From contig CAJFCJ010000020.1 in the NCBI GenBank assembly GCA_904063045.1, positions 426,916-490,915 of the forward strand: a stretch of 64,000 nt of DNA, given 5' to 3'. Both the position numbers and the translations under genes were made by a program. Positions 26,901-39,723 of the stretch are shown piece after piece; the stretch's first letter is position 1, and the number at the start of each line of letters is the position of its first letter. This DNA comes from Dimorphilus gyrociliatus (Eukaryota > Animalia > Annelida). The notes below the pieces were generated by a model. The model searched no databases. It saw only the letters and a program-made list of their open reading frames with translations, and was not told where the DNA came from.

Positions 26901-29900
26901 ATTTATAGATATTAATATATTCCGTATATTTCTATATTAAGTACATTAAGCATTTCAAAAAAATGATTATAAAATATAATTTTAACAATACTTATTAATA
27001 AATTAATTAATCAATTAATTAATAACTTTTTAATTAATAATATTGTTTGCTGTGATAAAAAAAGGTAACAATTTAAGCACTGCAAGATGTAAATTTAACT
27101 TAAATGAAACAACCAAACAAACGAAACAAAATAATAATAATAAAACAGCACATCATATAATTAGCACAATAAGTAATTGATTAATCTTATTATTCCTCTT
27201 GAAAACTGAATCGCTAGATAACGTTATTGAATAAACATAGACCTACTGTCTTCCACTTAATTTTAAATTTAACATATTACTTTTAATTAATTTATAAATT
27301 ATTCATAATATTCTCTAATCGATATTTAAGATAATCTAATATATACATATATAAATTTATATACTGTATATATAGATATTAATTAAAAGCTAGAAATCAT
27401 ATATAATTATAATTCAATAATAAAAATTGTTGGTTAGTAAACATGAAACTGAAATCAAGAAGAAAAATAAACAGCAGGTGAAAAAATAGCGGTCTGTGCT
27501 TATTTTTATTCTACCCTTTATTTCTTTATGAATTAAAATTAGAAATATAAATATATACATTCTTATAGAAATTATTATCATTAATCTATTTATTTATTTA
27601 TTTTATTAATTTTTATATTTTATGTTTCTAATTTTATAAAATAAGAAGCAAAATTAAGATTATAAAAAGCTCATTTCATGCAAGAAAAAACTGCACCTGA
27701 ACCGAGATCACTGTCTTCGTCCGAAGAAGTTGCTGTAGTGCGACATAGAAAAAAGCTCAAAAAAAAACAACAAAGTAAATAAAATGATACCAAAGATACC
27801 AAAAATATAGAAATAAAATAATTAAGGAAATCATATATAATTCTTTTGTTTCTTTTTTTCTTTATATAAAGCAGAATAATAATATTCTTAGTCATTTGCG
27901 AACAAAAGATGGCGTTGTAGTCTATTTGCTTTTATATTATCCATTAAAATTATATTCGATTTCCATCCCATTTATTAATACTTAGTGTATATATAAAAAC
28001 CTCGTATAAAAATTTATATAACGGATATATAAATATTTGAAAGAATTTTGAAAAGTTGGAAAAATATTCGGTATACCATATAATTCACTGATGAATGAAT
28101 AGTTTTTGTTACCAATATGAATAAAAAGAAAAGACAAATGAGAAGATTTCCTAGGATAGAGTGCAATTTTTGAAAAAATTAAATTTAATATAAAAAAAAA
28201 ACTGAATAAGTTATTAAAAAATAAGAATTTAAAAAAAATAATAAAGTAACCGGGTGCGATAATAGTAAAAAATATTGAATGAAAAAAATGGAAATATTGA
28301 ATGAAAATAAATAAAAAAAAACATTCAGAAACTAAATGAAACCTTTACATTTTATAATATAATTGGTTCGGGAGTCTGTAGATTCATTTTTCTGCGCTAT
28401 TAATAAAAACAGCGTACCGAAAATTTATATTTTATTAATTTAAATTTTATGAATATTAATATTTTATATTTACATATACTCGTACGATAATACACAATAT
28501 ATATATATATATATATATATATTGTATATAAACGTATATATAAATATAAAACAGTTAACTTATTCTTATATTTATTTATTCATCAATTTTTTTTTCTTCT
28601 CTTTCTTAATTTTTTTCTCTATTTTTACATTTTATTTCTAATCCTTTTTATCTTTTTATATTATTAATATAAATATTTTTTTTTAAAAAAAAAAAAGAAT
28701 TAAAACAATGAAAGATGTAAAAATAATAAATAAATAAAAATTAAAAAAAAAAAAAGGACGTCTTACACAATTATTTTTTTTAATACTTTTTTTTATTCTT
28801 TCTTTTGTTTTTTTAAAAAAAAATATTTAACAATTATATCTAATATTAAGATATATTATTTACTTCTGAAAAGAATCTTCTTAATAAAATGATAAAAGAA
28901 GGAAAAGAGGGAATAAAGTTTTACAAACCTCTTATTTTTACTTTTGGAATTTTTTGGGTATGGGATTTTTTCTGTTTAGAAAGAAAAAAAATAAATTAAG
29001 AAAAGATTGAGGAGTGGCATTTATAATGAAAGGCCTAAGTATTTATCGAACGCGAGAAATAGAAATTATAACAAAGGTCATGGACGCTGTTAATAGTCTT
29101 TAAAAAGACAATAAGAGATAAACAAATACCTTTTCTCCATCAGTCTTATTGAATTTACTATCGTTATTATCTGCTTTGTCTAGCTTGTCATCACTACCCA
29201 TACCAGAGTCCATAGTACCTTGATTCTTCATTCTCTCTTTTCGTTTGTCTTTAGCAGATTTTTCAGTATGCGTATCATCATCTTCAGGCTATTAAATTGA
29301 AAGACGAAAAAGGATTGAATATGTTAATTGGAGTGATTAATTTTCGAAAAGAAAAAATCATTCACTTTAGAGTTAGGAGTTGGCTGATCTTTTTCAGTAG
29401 TATTTTTAATTTGATCTTTCTCCTCACTCTCCTCGTCATTCTTCTGAGCTGACTCGCCAACAGTTTCATCAGCAGTAGAAATTTTAGATTTTTCTTTTTC
29501 GCTCTCTCTTTCCTTTTCCTGTGAGAATACACCAGGACGCTGAGTTAATCATTCTTCAATTCCTTATCAATTATTGTATAAAAATTGACATATATTGTGC
29601 TAAATCATGCACGATAAAAAAAATTTACTCTTTGATTTATCTCTTAAAACATTTAAACTAAACTTCATTTAGCATGCTTATTTTTTTCTCCAATTGTTAT
29701 CTCTATTATTTATAATTCATTCAATAATAAAAGAAAGGAATAAGGAAATATAAAGTTTCCCTCTCTTTCTACTTTTATTATCCTATACTTTCCCACTCAC
29801 TTTATAATTTACAATTCACAATTCTATTTCTTCTTTTTTCTTTTCATATTAAAATCAATTGTAATTAAAAAAAGAGGAAGCTACTCTTCTATATATAACA

Positions 29901-32900
29901 CATATACTTTATATATACAGTATATACACATATATATATACTGTATATATAAAGTATATAAACAAACGTGAATTTTTCATTTAAATATGTCATTTTGTGA
30001 CCAACATACGCATTCTATAAACTTATCTTTTGCAGACACTATTATTATAATAGATGCAAAAATTATTCAAAATATAAAAAAGGCGGGGTCGAGGAATGGA
30101 GGACATAGGTCATAGCTCAATACGTAATAATAGTTATAATGTTTAGAATAACAATAAGTAAGTATATGCGTTAATAATATCATGCTAATCAGCTTCGTAG
30201 TAAATTTATACGTACATATGGTAAAAAAGAAACATGAAGATCTAAATCCTGTCATAATATTCGTTTACTATTTATAGAATGAAAATTGTGTTTGGCTACA
30301 AATAAGTGAAAGGAAGAAGAAGGTTAAACAAACCTTTCCGGCGTTCTTCGCCTCCTCTTCGTAGGCCATTGATACAACAGCTAACATCAAGTTGACCAAA
30401 TAGAAAGATCCAAAGAAAACGACGAATATAAAGAAGACTATATTCCATGGTCCGTTCGCGTGAATAACTTTATTATAAGGATCTTCCCAAAAATCTAGGG
30501 TGATTAGTTGTAATGAATTGAGCATAGACCATCCGAAATGGTCGAAATTCGTATAGCCCCAATTAGGATTTTCTCCTATATCTGGTAAGCAAGTGTAATT
30601 CGACGGACACGCTCTAGATTAATTAAATGAAAAAAATATATTTTTGGATAACATTCCTATTCATACAAAAGCAATCTCTTGCATAATTCAAAGTGATGTT
30701 TGCCTACCCTGCACTACTTATGTTGCCACATATGAAATATTGACCTTGCTGATCGATCTGCCAATTGGACGAATTCTTTATATGTAAGTCATAATCTCCA
30801 TGTGAAATAGGATAAATTGGGTCTTTAACGCATTTTTGCCTTAAAACTCCCAAATATACTTGCAAACCAAACAAGGCAAACACCACCATACAGAACGAAA
30901 TGAGTATAATGACTTCAATGATCATGCGCATAGACTTCAATAAAGCACCAATAATAGTCTTGAGATCTGTAATTCGAAAATAGTGAAGTTAGTAATTTGA
31001 AAGAATTCGCTAATTATTTAGGCAAGCATCTTAGTCTTCCCGAAAATACCCGGATATAAAGACTTTTGTTTGCTTGTTTGCTAAAAAAATTTAGGACAAC
31101 TTTCTAAAGTAAATAACTTTAATAGAAACAAATCGATACATTCTAGAAATTGAATGTAATGTTTTTTGAAAGGTGATTAGGTACACGTTAATATTTTTAT
31201 AACATATATATTTAGCTTAGATTGATCTGTACCTGGCACAATTGAAACCGTTTTCAATATTCTGAAAACCCTAAACGTTCGTAGACCCGCGATACTTCCG
31301 ATATCCAACACTTTAAGCGATTCGAGTATTATCGTTAGATACCTATAAAACAATTAATATATATATACAGTATATACATATGTATTTATATATAATTATT
31401 AAATAGTTTACTCTATTTAATTCTAATTTTACTTACGCGCTGACTATTACTAAAAAATCAAGCCAATTCCATCCATCTCTCAAGTACGTAAATCTATGTA
31501 CAAAAAATCCTCGCGCTGTTATTTTAATAATTGCTTCCAATGTGTAAATTGCAAGAAAGACGTACCTATATTTTTTTTTAAAAAAAAAGAAGAGAAAATT
31601 GAATAATCAGTTATAGAATCAATTATACTAGACGTTTTATATCTTATTGAACAAAGAAAATAATTATTTTTTTTGTTTTGGTTAATTAGTTGTCAAACGG
31701 CGTCTCTGTCTATTTTTTATTATGAAACAGTAAAGTTTAGACGTATATGTACTTTGGTATATTTTAGATCAATAGAGTTTCAAGAAGAAGAATATAGAAT
31801 GAAATTATAAGAGTGTAAAGGAAGAGCATAAGTATTAATTAATTAGGACTGTCTATGAATATTAAACAGAGTTGAAGGCCGAATTTAGTTCTAATGGCCG
31901 CAATTGGAATGGGAAAATTCGTGTGAAATCCAACACTGGAGTTGTGTGATGGATGATTGCGGTGCAGCAGCGATTTCGAACTGCGTTTTTATTGCTCCAT
32001 CTATATAATATTACAAAACCGCGTACATAGAAACTATTAGAGAAATTGCCTATGAAAGAACGTAATTTTGTCAAAGCCGACCCATGGGAGATAGCGACAT
32101 TTTGCAGAACGTTCAGTTTTTGTAGTTAATTGCTTCGGCTTCATAACAGCATTACCCTAGTAAGCTTCTCTTATATAGATAATTATTTTCCATTCATTTA
32201 CTCCGCTTAGAAGAATGATTAATAGGGACCATATGTTAAATTGAATACCATCAAAAAAGAAATCTTATCATCTCTTTCTTGTAAAAATCTTATACATGCC
32301 CTCCTCCCTTCACTCATTAAATAAATAACATTTAATAGAAATTTACTTACTCAGCGATTCTTGTCGTCTGATTCTCATTCAGTGCGAGAAAGACGCAATT
32401 GACGAGGATGGTCAACATGACAAAATAGTCAAAGTATTGGTTTGTAGCTATATAAATGGCCAATCTGCGAAACGGATTCCATGGACTAAATATAAAGAAG
32501 GAGTTGGTTGCCGAAAATCGGAATATTGTATTTCTTTTGAAGCGTTTTGCAATTACGATGAAAGTCTGTGGATAAAAAAATAAATATAATTACTATGCAT
32601 AATAAGAGAATTATACATTAAATAATTTTATTTAATAAGTTATGGCTATGAAGAACGAAAAGAAAAAGAAAAGTGACGCACACAGTAGTAATTACTTTTA
32701 GGTAGACGCCACAATTTTTTTTTAAAACAAAACGACGTCTCCTTTCCGTTAGTTTTCTATTATCCTTTTAAAAAATATATACATTTTCTTTCTTTCTATG
32801 CGTTTGAAAATATATGAATTCTTTTTGTCTGTTTCACTCTATGAATTATATATTATAACATTTTCTTGAAACTTATTTAATTATGTAAACTATTGTCAAT

Positions 32901-35900
32901 TAAAAGCCTTGTTATAGTCAACCGCATTGGAATCATACGATACTTACAATCAACTTTCCAAATGATCCTACCACACGTAATTATGTCATTTACTTAATAC
33001 TAATAGTACAGTTAATGATAGGGGAAAAACTCTATGATTCCTTTACAAATACTTCGTCAAGTTTTCAAAAAGAAAACACTCAATGATAGAAGGATATTAT
33101 TATTTTTGTTCTATCGATATTCCGTATACTTTTTAATCGCTTTTTAACATTCCTTCATTTTATGTTTCATATAATAAAATTATTCTACATTTGTTGCCTA
33201 TTTTTTCATTTTTTTACGATATACAATATATATTTTAGACATATGTATAGTTTTGCCTCTCACCCCTGGTTGTCGGGGAGGAAATTCGAGCTCTGGCCAT
33301 GTACAACCGCACCATTGAACAACGTCACCATCATCATCTGTAGTTATCTGTTCCATATCCCAGCCTGCCCTCCGTTTCCTCTTTTTTCTTTCCTTTGTCG
33401 CTAAAACTGTTTTTACCTCTTTACCGACAACTTTAACTTCCATCTCTTCGGGACTAACTATCGGTGGTACGTAATACGAAGGAGATTCAACTGGTATCGA
33501 TATTATTTTATTGTTGTCATCTTCTTCTGTATTTGTAACTTGAAGTTCAACGTCTGCAAATCCATCTGTTAGTTTTGAGGATTCATCGCAATCAATTTCC
33601 TCTAAAAGATCCGATCTCACTGAGCTAAGTTCAAATTCCATACTGGCTTATTCTCTATTTAAACTATAAGCTTTATTCATAATTTACAAACGCCAGTTCT
33701 TCTTGCCAACTTGGTTTTTTTTATTAACGATTTCTTGTTTTAAATGTATCGTTCTCTTTTTTAATAAGTATTAAATAAACGAATAAGAAAGAGTATATTT
33801 TCCTCTATTTATTGTCTTCTTATTTATCCGACGTGACAAACTCCGGCGACTGCCCAAGCGTCGACTTATAGACGGCGCTGGACGTCCATGATGTATATCA
33901 TCAGAAACAATAAGTTTTAGAAGTGATCATTGATTATTGCCTGGTTAATGAATGAGCGTTACAAGCAGATCCAGTTCACATTGATCTAGTTCTTCAACAT
34001 GTTTGTTAATTTGAGCTTAATTACTAATCATATTCTCACTTCTAGCTTTTTTTGTGCTCAACTCTGCTTAATTAATATTCTTAAGGCCTATTTACTTACT
34101 TAGCACTTTACAACAGCTTGAGTATATATTTTTCTAAATAATATAAACTAAATAGCTATCTCGTCAGAACGTCGCTGCCGCCGCAAACATTGTCATTGTT
34201 GGAAAACACCACCGCCGAAAACCAGTCAGCCCTTAACCGACGCATCCGTTATCATCATAAGTACTTATGCCCGCTTTTTCACTACTCCCCCAACTTTTCC
34301 ATGGAGAAAAGCTTTCCCCTAAACATTTCACCATAAACCCTCAACTTGTATTCTCGCTTGTTATTCTTTTTTTGTCCATTTTTGACAAATATTTAACGAA
34401 AAAAGCGAAAAGAGGGAATAGAGTGTTTACAATCCCCTTGTACAAGCGTAATGCGTTTTTTTTTTTCATTGGTTTGTCCCCCTTGCCAATCTACTTTTCA
34501 TTAAACAGACAAATTATGAACAATGTCGTTGTACAAAGCATATATGGAAAATTATTCAAATGTATGCCGTATTATTGTCGACTAAAAGAGAATATATTTT
34601 TAATATTGTTTTTACTAATTAGTAAGTAAATAATAAGAAAATTGAATAGAGGGAAATGCATTCATTTTCTTCCAATGAGTCAGTAACGATATATACATAT
34701 ATATATATATATTTGCCAAGAAATAAACAAGTACGGAGTGCCTATAAACGAGTAATAAAATAAAAAGAGCATTGAAATCTCTATTTTGATTTATTGTGGA
34801 TACAAAAATCGATTTTTTATTAGTTCAGAAAGGGCCTCTCGACTAACTGTTATAAGTAAAAGTGTTTAAGGCTCCCTCTTAGCGTATTTGTTTAAATGGG
34901 CATATATTTTATAATCCGTCTAAAGTCGCATTTATTCTTTTCATTTCTATAACGTTCCAATGTACGTTCGATAAGTTTTATTCAATAGTCGCACGCACTC
35001 TGTCTCATTCTTTAGCTCTTAAGATCCTCCTAATTATTTGTTAATCCAATAAAATTAATATATTTCTATGATACATATTTTTAAAATATTTATTAAAAAT
35101 AAATATATATATATATATATATATATATTGCTCCCAATGTAAGCCTAGTTGAAATTAATGCAGTGTATAAATGTATATTTAGATATCTATTCATAAATAT
35201 AAATTTATATATATATATATATATGTATTATGAGAATACTTTATACTTTTTAATAGATACAAAGTCTTTGATAAAATTAGTTTTAATTACCTAATTATTT
35301 ATTTCTAACGTGGATTAGTTTTCATTTTCAATATTTAATATTTTTTTTTATAAAAAAACAAAATATTTATATTTCTCCTACATTACTTAGTAAATATATA
35401 TAACTATGTAAACAAGCGGCAACTCTTAATTGAACAAAATATTGTTTATTTAGTCTGTACCAGACGTAAGAAAAAAATGAAAAAAAATGGACAATTGGAA
35501 AAGAATTCCAGTTGCTCGGCAATTTCAATGCAATTTTTCGTTCTTTGATATAATCTAGTTTACACTACCGACCAGCCTGTACTTGAGTTTAATTTATAAA
35601 GTCGGCTAGGCAAATATATTGTAATATGTTTTCAAAAATCTTGGAATATTATTAATAGTAAAATATAAATTATTAAAAAAAGAACCTTTAAAAAAAAACA
35701 ATTGAAATATTTTAATCTATTAATATAAAATGTTTTTAATGAAAACAAAGACTTCATTAAACTAATCTATTGATAATCATATTTCAAAGAAAAGGATCAT
35801 TTGAGAAAATTAATTAAATATAAACTTATAAATTGGCGTCCAACAATTAATTAACTATTGAAAAAGAAACGTCTCATCTTCAATTGGATACTGATTTAGA

Positions 35901-37247
35901 GTCGCTACATGTAATAAGAAAATGACGTAAAATGAAACTGCATTTAATGACAATCTTTTATTCAGACTAGATCCGATTATCGATCTCCAATACCTTCACC
36001 ATGGCACTACTATATGCTTATACGTATTGGTTATAGAAGTTAGTTCAACAATCTATAATAAGACAGAACTGAACAGAACAGAGCTTTTTTCTTAGTTTAG
36101 CACTAACATATTATTTATATCTATGTATAATGAAAATTTTCGCAATGTTTCTCTCCCCGAGTACTTTATTGATTACTACAAGTCGGTTTAATATATCAAG
36201 TAAAAAGTCTATTAATAATTTCTGCATGAAGAAGTCACTTTGATGAATTCATTTTATAGAAACAATCGTCACATATCGAATTAAATCCATAGGGAAGAGG
36301 GAACAACTAAAAATCAAAAGCAAATATCTCGAATAGCAAATGCCAAAAGAGTTGTTCGTATAGATAATTAATACGGTTATGAATCCATCTAAATGATTCT
36401 TCAAACATCGCAAAAAGATATAAAAGAACCGATTGAATAGGGTAAAAAAATGACATAAGATAAAATAGACTAGAAATCAGGACGCATACAAAGAAGGAAG
36501 AGATAAAGGAAGCAAGGATGAATAAAAATGTTAAATTAATTGAAAAAAAACCGGCAATTTATGAAAGTTTGCTGACTTTACAAATAACGCTTATGGGCGT
36601 TGACTAATCAATAAAAAAGGCGTTTTTATTCGAAAAAAAACTTTTTTTAATTCTTTTTCAACTCATACATATGCATATATATATATTAATCTATACATAT
36701 ACACGCATATATATGAAAATTTATTCACCATTACTTTAATTGCCTATTATAAACTTCAAAGCGGACGATACGTTATTCCTCTATGCTATAGTTAGCACCT
36801 TAGGCCTACATTAAAAAATTCGTTCTCTGACGTAGGTGAAAGAAGAGATTGTACATATACATTAATAAAAAAAGCGATCAATTAATCGACTGAATATTTT
36901 TTGTTAAAAAATACTTTAACGGAATTGTAAATGAAGAGAGGAAAAGGAAGAATTTTTAAAATGGGTAAGAGCGATTGATATAAGGGTTTCTCTTAAAAAG
37001 AGAAAGGGAAAAGAGGTTAAGAAATTTATAAAGACCCATGATAGAAAGAAAGGAAAGGGATAATACCTAAGGAAATGCACTAAATTAAGTGATTTTTCAA
37101 CATTTAATAAGATTTCACGTGCTAAATTATTTGTTAAAGAGAAGAAAGAGATATTCTCTATTCTTCTAAGTTTAAAACTGAAACGTCTAGCCAGAATGGA
37201 AAGAGAATGGTGAGAAATCATGAAAAGCTAACGATCCACATTTAATA

Positions 37248-37288
<41 letters not shown>

Positions 37289-39246
37289 GTATACAGAATA
37301 TTCTATTTAAATTAATCATTATCCTCTTTTTCTTTCTTTTAAAAATTAATAAAATTTTAAATTATAATCTCTTTCTTCTTTTCTTTTACACTTATACAAA
37401 GAGACAAACTAAATGATATTACGTCTATCTATACATAGCTCAACCCTCTCTATTCTTTTCTAGGCCATTTGTAATCAATTTGATTCTATAACTGTCTTCC
37501 TATTTATTTGTATTTTATACTGCAAAATTTCTGAAGAACTTGGTTAGCCTATCAAGTAACAAAGAAAAAGTAAATCAATAATTAAAAAAGATTGATTTCT
37601 TCGAAACGACTGCTCGAATCGCTAGGATATCGTAATGATCACATTACGACATGATTGAACATGATTCAAAAAAAGGGGTGAAAAAGAAGGAGAATATAAA
37701 AAGGTGTAACTAGAAGTTTTGAAGAGGGTACAAATTAAAAGAGATTTGTTTATCATTTCTTCAATTTCTCATTGTTTATTTGAGTTTTATTCATATTTTA
37801 ATATTTGTGAATATAAAGGAAAATATGTCTAATAAGATTTTATAAAGCAAGTAGAGAGTTTCAATATGTTTCGTAAATAATCGTTCTCAATTTTCAAAAG
37901 GAAGTTATGAAACGCATATGTTTTGTAAACTGTTTCATGTCTTTTATTTTTTATCTGACAAATAGGCTGGACCTTAAGGAACGAGATCTTTAGGAATGTT
38001 AAATCTATTCCCAAAGGTATATCCCTGAAGCATAGATTAGAGGATAATCATCATTATTAAAGGAACTGTATTCTACTCTGTTTTAAAGAAAACTTGCAGA
38101 GTTCTTTAATCTGTTAAAGTCTATTCTTATAGAAGATTAACGAAAGGAATAAGGGTAGCTATTTGGCACTTAGTATTAAAAAAAGTGGGTGTGGCTTCAT
38201 ACCTAAAAACAAAGACTATGATATACGGAATAAAGATATAAATTATAGAAAATAGGAACTTGGAGAAGATTGACAAGATTCTGTGAGAGAAAATGAAAGG
38301 AAATTCACAAAAAATAAATGAGTAAAAGAATAACACTAGTGACGTAAATATTTGTAAAATTACAAGACTCTCTTTCCTGGCCGTATATTGAGGCCAAGAT
38401 TTCTATTCTCATTAGCTTTATACCGGTTGCCATAAAATTATACAAGCCGGTTAATCCCCTGTTACAAAAGATTAATAAAATAATGTGATTGAACGCAATT
38501 GCGGCACCTAGGTAATTATTGACACGCGCATGTATAAACAGCATCATATTGCAGTATTGGTATGCTTTACGACAGACTGCAAAAAAATTTTAAACTAAAT
38601 ACAGACGTTAATTTTAAAATAACAGTCGTATAGAATGTCATAAATTAATAGGTATAATCCAATGTTGCTCAGTTGAACTGAACCATCAGCAGTAAGTGCT
38701 TTACACCTAAATAAGGGGCTTTGTTAGCGAAAAATGAAATTTTAACGCCATAGATCTATAGGGATAGATATAAATTATTAAAAGGCTTGCCTTATAATGG
38801 AGATAAGGGTCAATCTCTTCCATTGGTACTCCATAACCATCCTCTGGAAATAAGTTTCCATACTGATCAGGTAGTGGGTTTCCTTCGAATAGCGCTAAAT
38901 CTCTTTCTGGAGGGGGATCCTTACTCCCTTCGTCATTACCGAATTTCAATTCACCATCAACAAGACGGCCTTCTTCATGTTGATTTTTTCGTTCCTTTTC
39001 TTCCTCTTCCCATTCAAGTACTTTCTGTTCAAGATTTATTCGGGATTGAGTACCAAAACGACGGAACACTGAGCTCTCTTTATCCAAGTCTTCGTTTACA
39101 TTTGTGCCAGCAATCGACGCGGATGATTCGGCTCTTTCTTTGAGCGTATTATTGTCCTCCAGGTCGCAGGCACCTTCATCTCTCTCATCCTCGGCCGGTA
39201 GGACATTAACTGTTGGGGGTCTTGGTAAGGTTGGTTTATCCGTCAT
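20962..39246 (-). CDS. Voltage-gated sodium channel alpha subunit of the Nav2 (DEEA, BSC1/DSC1-like) class, about 1884-1914 aa
   Basis: Exons: 39246-38791, 32565-32351, 31565-31437, 31342-31233, 30966-30708, 30613-30334, 29518-29366, 29288-29130, 28971-28929, [28396-28343], [27732-27697], 26868-26262, 26020-25575, 25500-25179, 25057-24916, 24849-24670, 24585-24463, 24410-24312, 24241-24020, 23934-23797, 23734-23624, 23530-23260, 22151-20962. All phases close. Pore loops TLDFWE / CGEWIE / TFEGWM / TAAGWN give D-E-E-A. Four S4 segments. III-IV linker [26 protein letters not shown]-terminal EF-hand-like region and IQ-like [13 protein letters not shown]. Confidence 0.97.
22447..22459 (-). promoter_or_regulatory. 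CTCF-consensus-like motif CACTAGGTGGCGC in the last Nav2 intron
   Basis: 13/13 match to CASYAGRKGGCRS on the minus strand. Confidence 0.35.
33264..33641 (-). CDS. Putative alternative first coding exon (1b, 126 codons) of the Nav2 channel
   Basis: ATG at 33641 with an in-frame TAA three codons upstream. The frame is open to CCA GGG|GTGAGA, a canonical donor at 33263 in phase 0, which matches the phase-0 acceptor at 32565 (TFIVIAKR). CpG-rich patches lie upstream at about 33830-33890 and 34160-34255. Confidence 0.7.
33830..34260 (-). promoter_or_regulatory. Candidate internal promoter/5' UTR region for Nav2 exon 1b
   Basis: Locally GC/CpG-rich segments (cgtcgctgccgccgc; ccaccgccg; ccggcgactgcccaagcgtcgac) inside an otherwise AT-rich 6.2-kb intron, directly upstream of exon 1b. 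Inference only. Confidence 0.4.
37249..37284. repeat. (TA)n microsatellite; similar runs at about 7211-7235, 35103-35128, 45603-45630 and 46168-46201
   Basis: Read directly. Confidence 0.9.
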
Positions 39247-39710
39247 CTTAAGACGGCAAATTTGCCGTTCATATTAAAATTTCGAACAACGTCGTATCCT
39301 TTTTTGATAAAAGTAATTGACCTTTAAAAAGTCGCTGCTCTCAAAAATTCCTTACTTTGTTTTTTTATTATTCAAAATTCCACTTGGTCTCTCTGATTAA
39401 TAAAGACAATATTCTACTAAATATTCACAAATTGAGTTTAACGTGTTTTGTCTTGTTAAATTTTTTTATCCTGTCTTTTTAATATATCTTTTATCCTAAA
39501 CAAATGAATTATCTTCTTCAACAAGTAAAGCAGTATAATATTATCGAAGCCAAAATCGTGACCAGCAAGTAAAACCTGTTGTTAATCGTTAGCCTAAAAG
39601 CACCTTGTGGTTTATGAATGAGGATATGTCAATGTCCATGGATAATCGTAACCCTGCTGCTTTAGCGACCAGATAGTTTTCAGCCAATCAACACCCAGAG
39701 CCTTCTTTGG

Positions 39711-39723
39711 CAGCAGATGGCGC
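39711..39723 (+). promoter_or_regulatory. CTCF-consensus-like motif CAGCAGATGGCGC about 470 bp upstream of the Nav2 exon 1a ATG
   Basis: 13/13 match to the degenerate CTCF core CASYAGRKGGCRS. The binding protein is unknown. Confidence 0.4.

Noticed and set aside
27664-27780. Plus-strand short frame [38 protein letters not shown]
   Set aside because: Better explained as the reverse complement of the Nav2 microexon 27732-27697 and its polypyrimidine tract.
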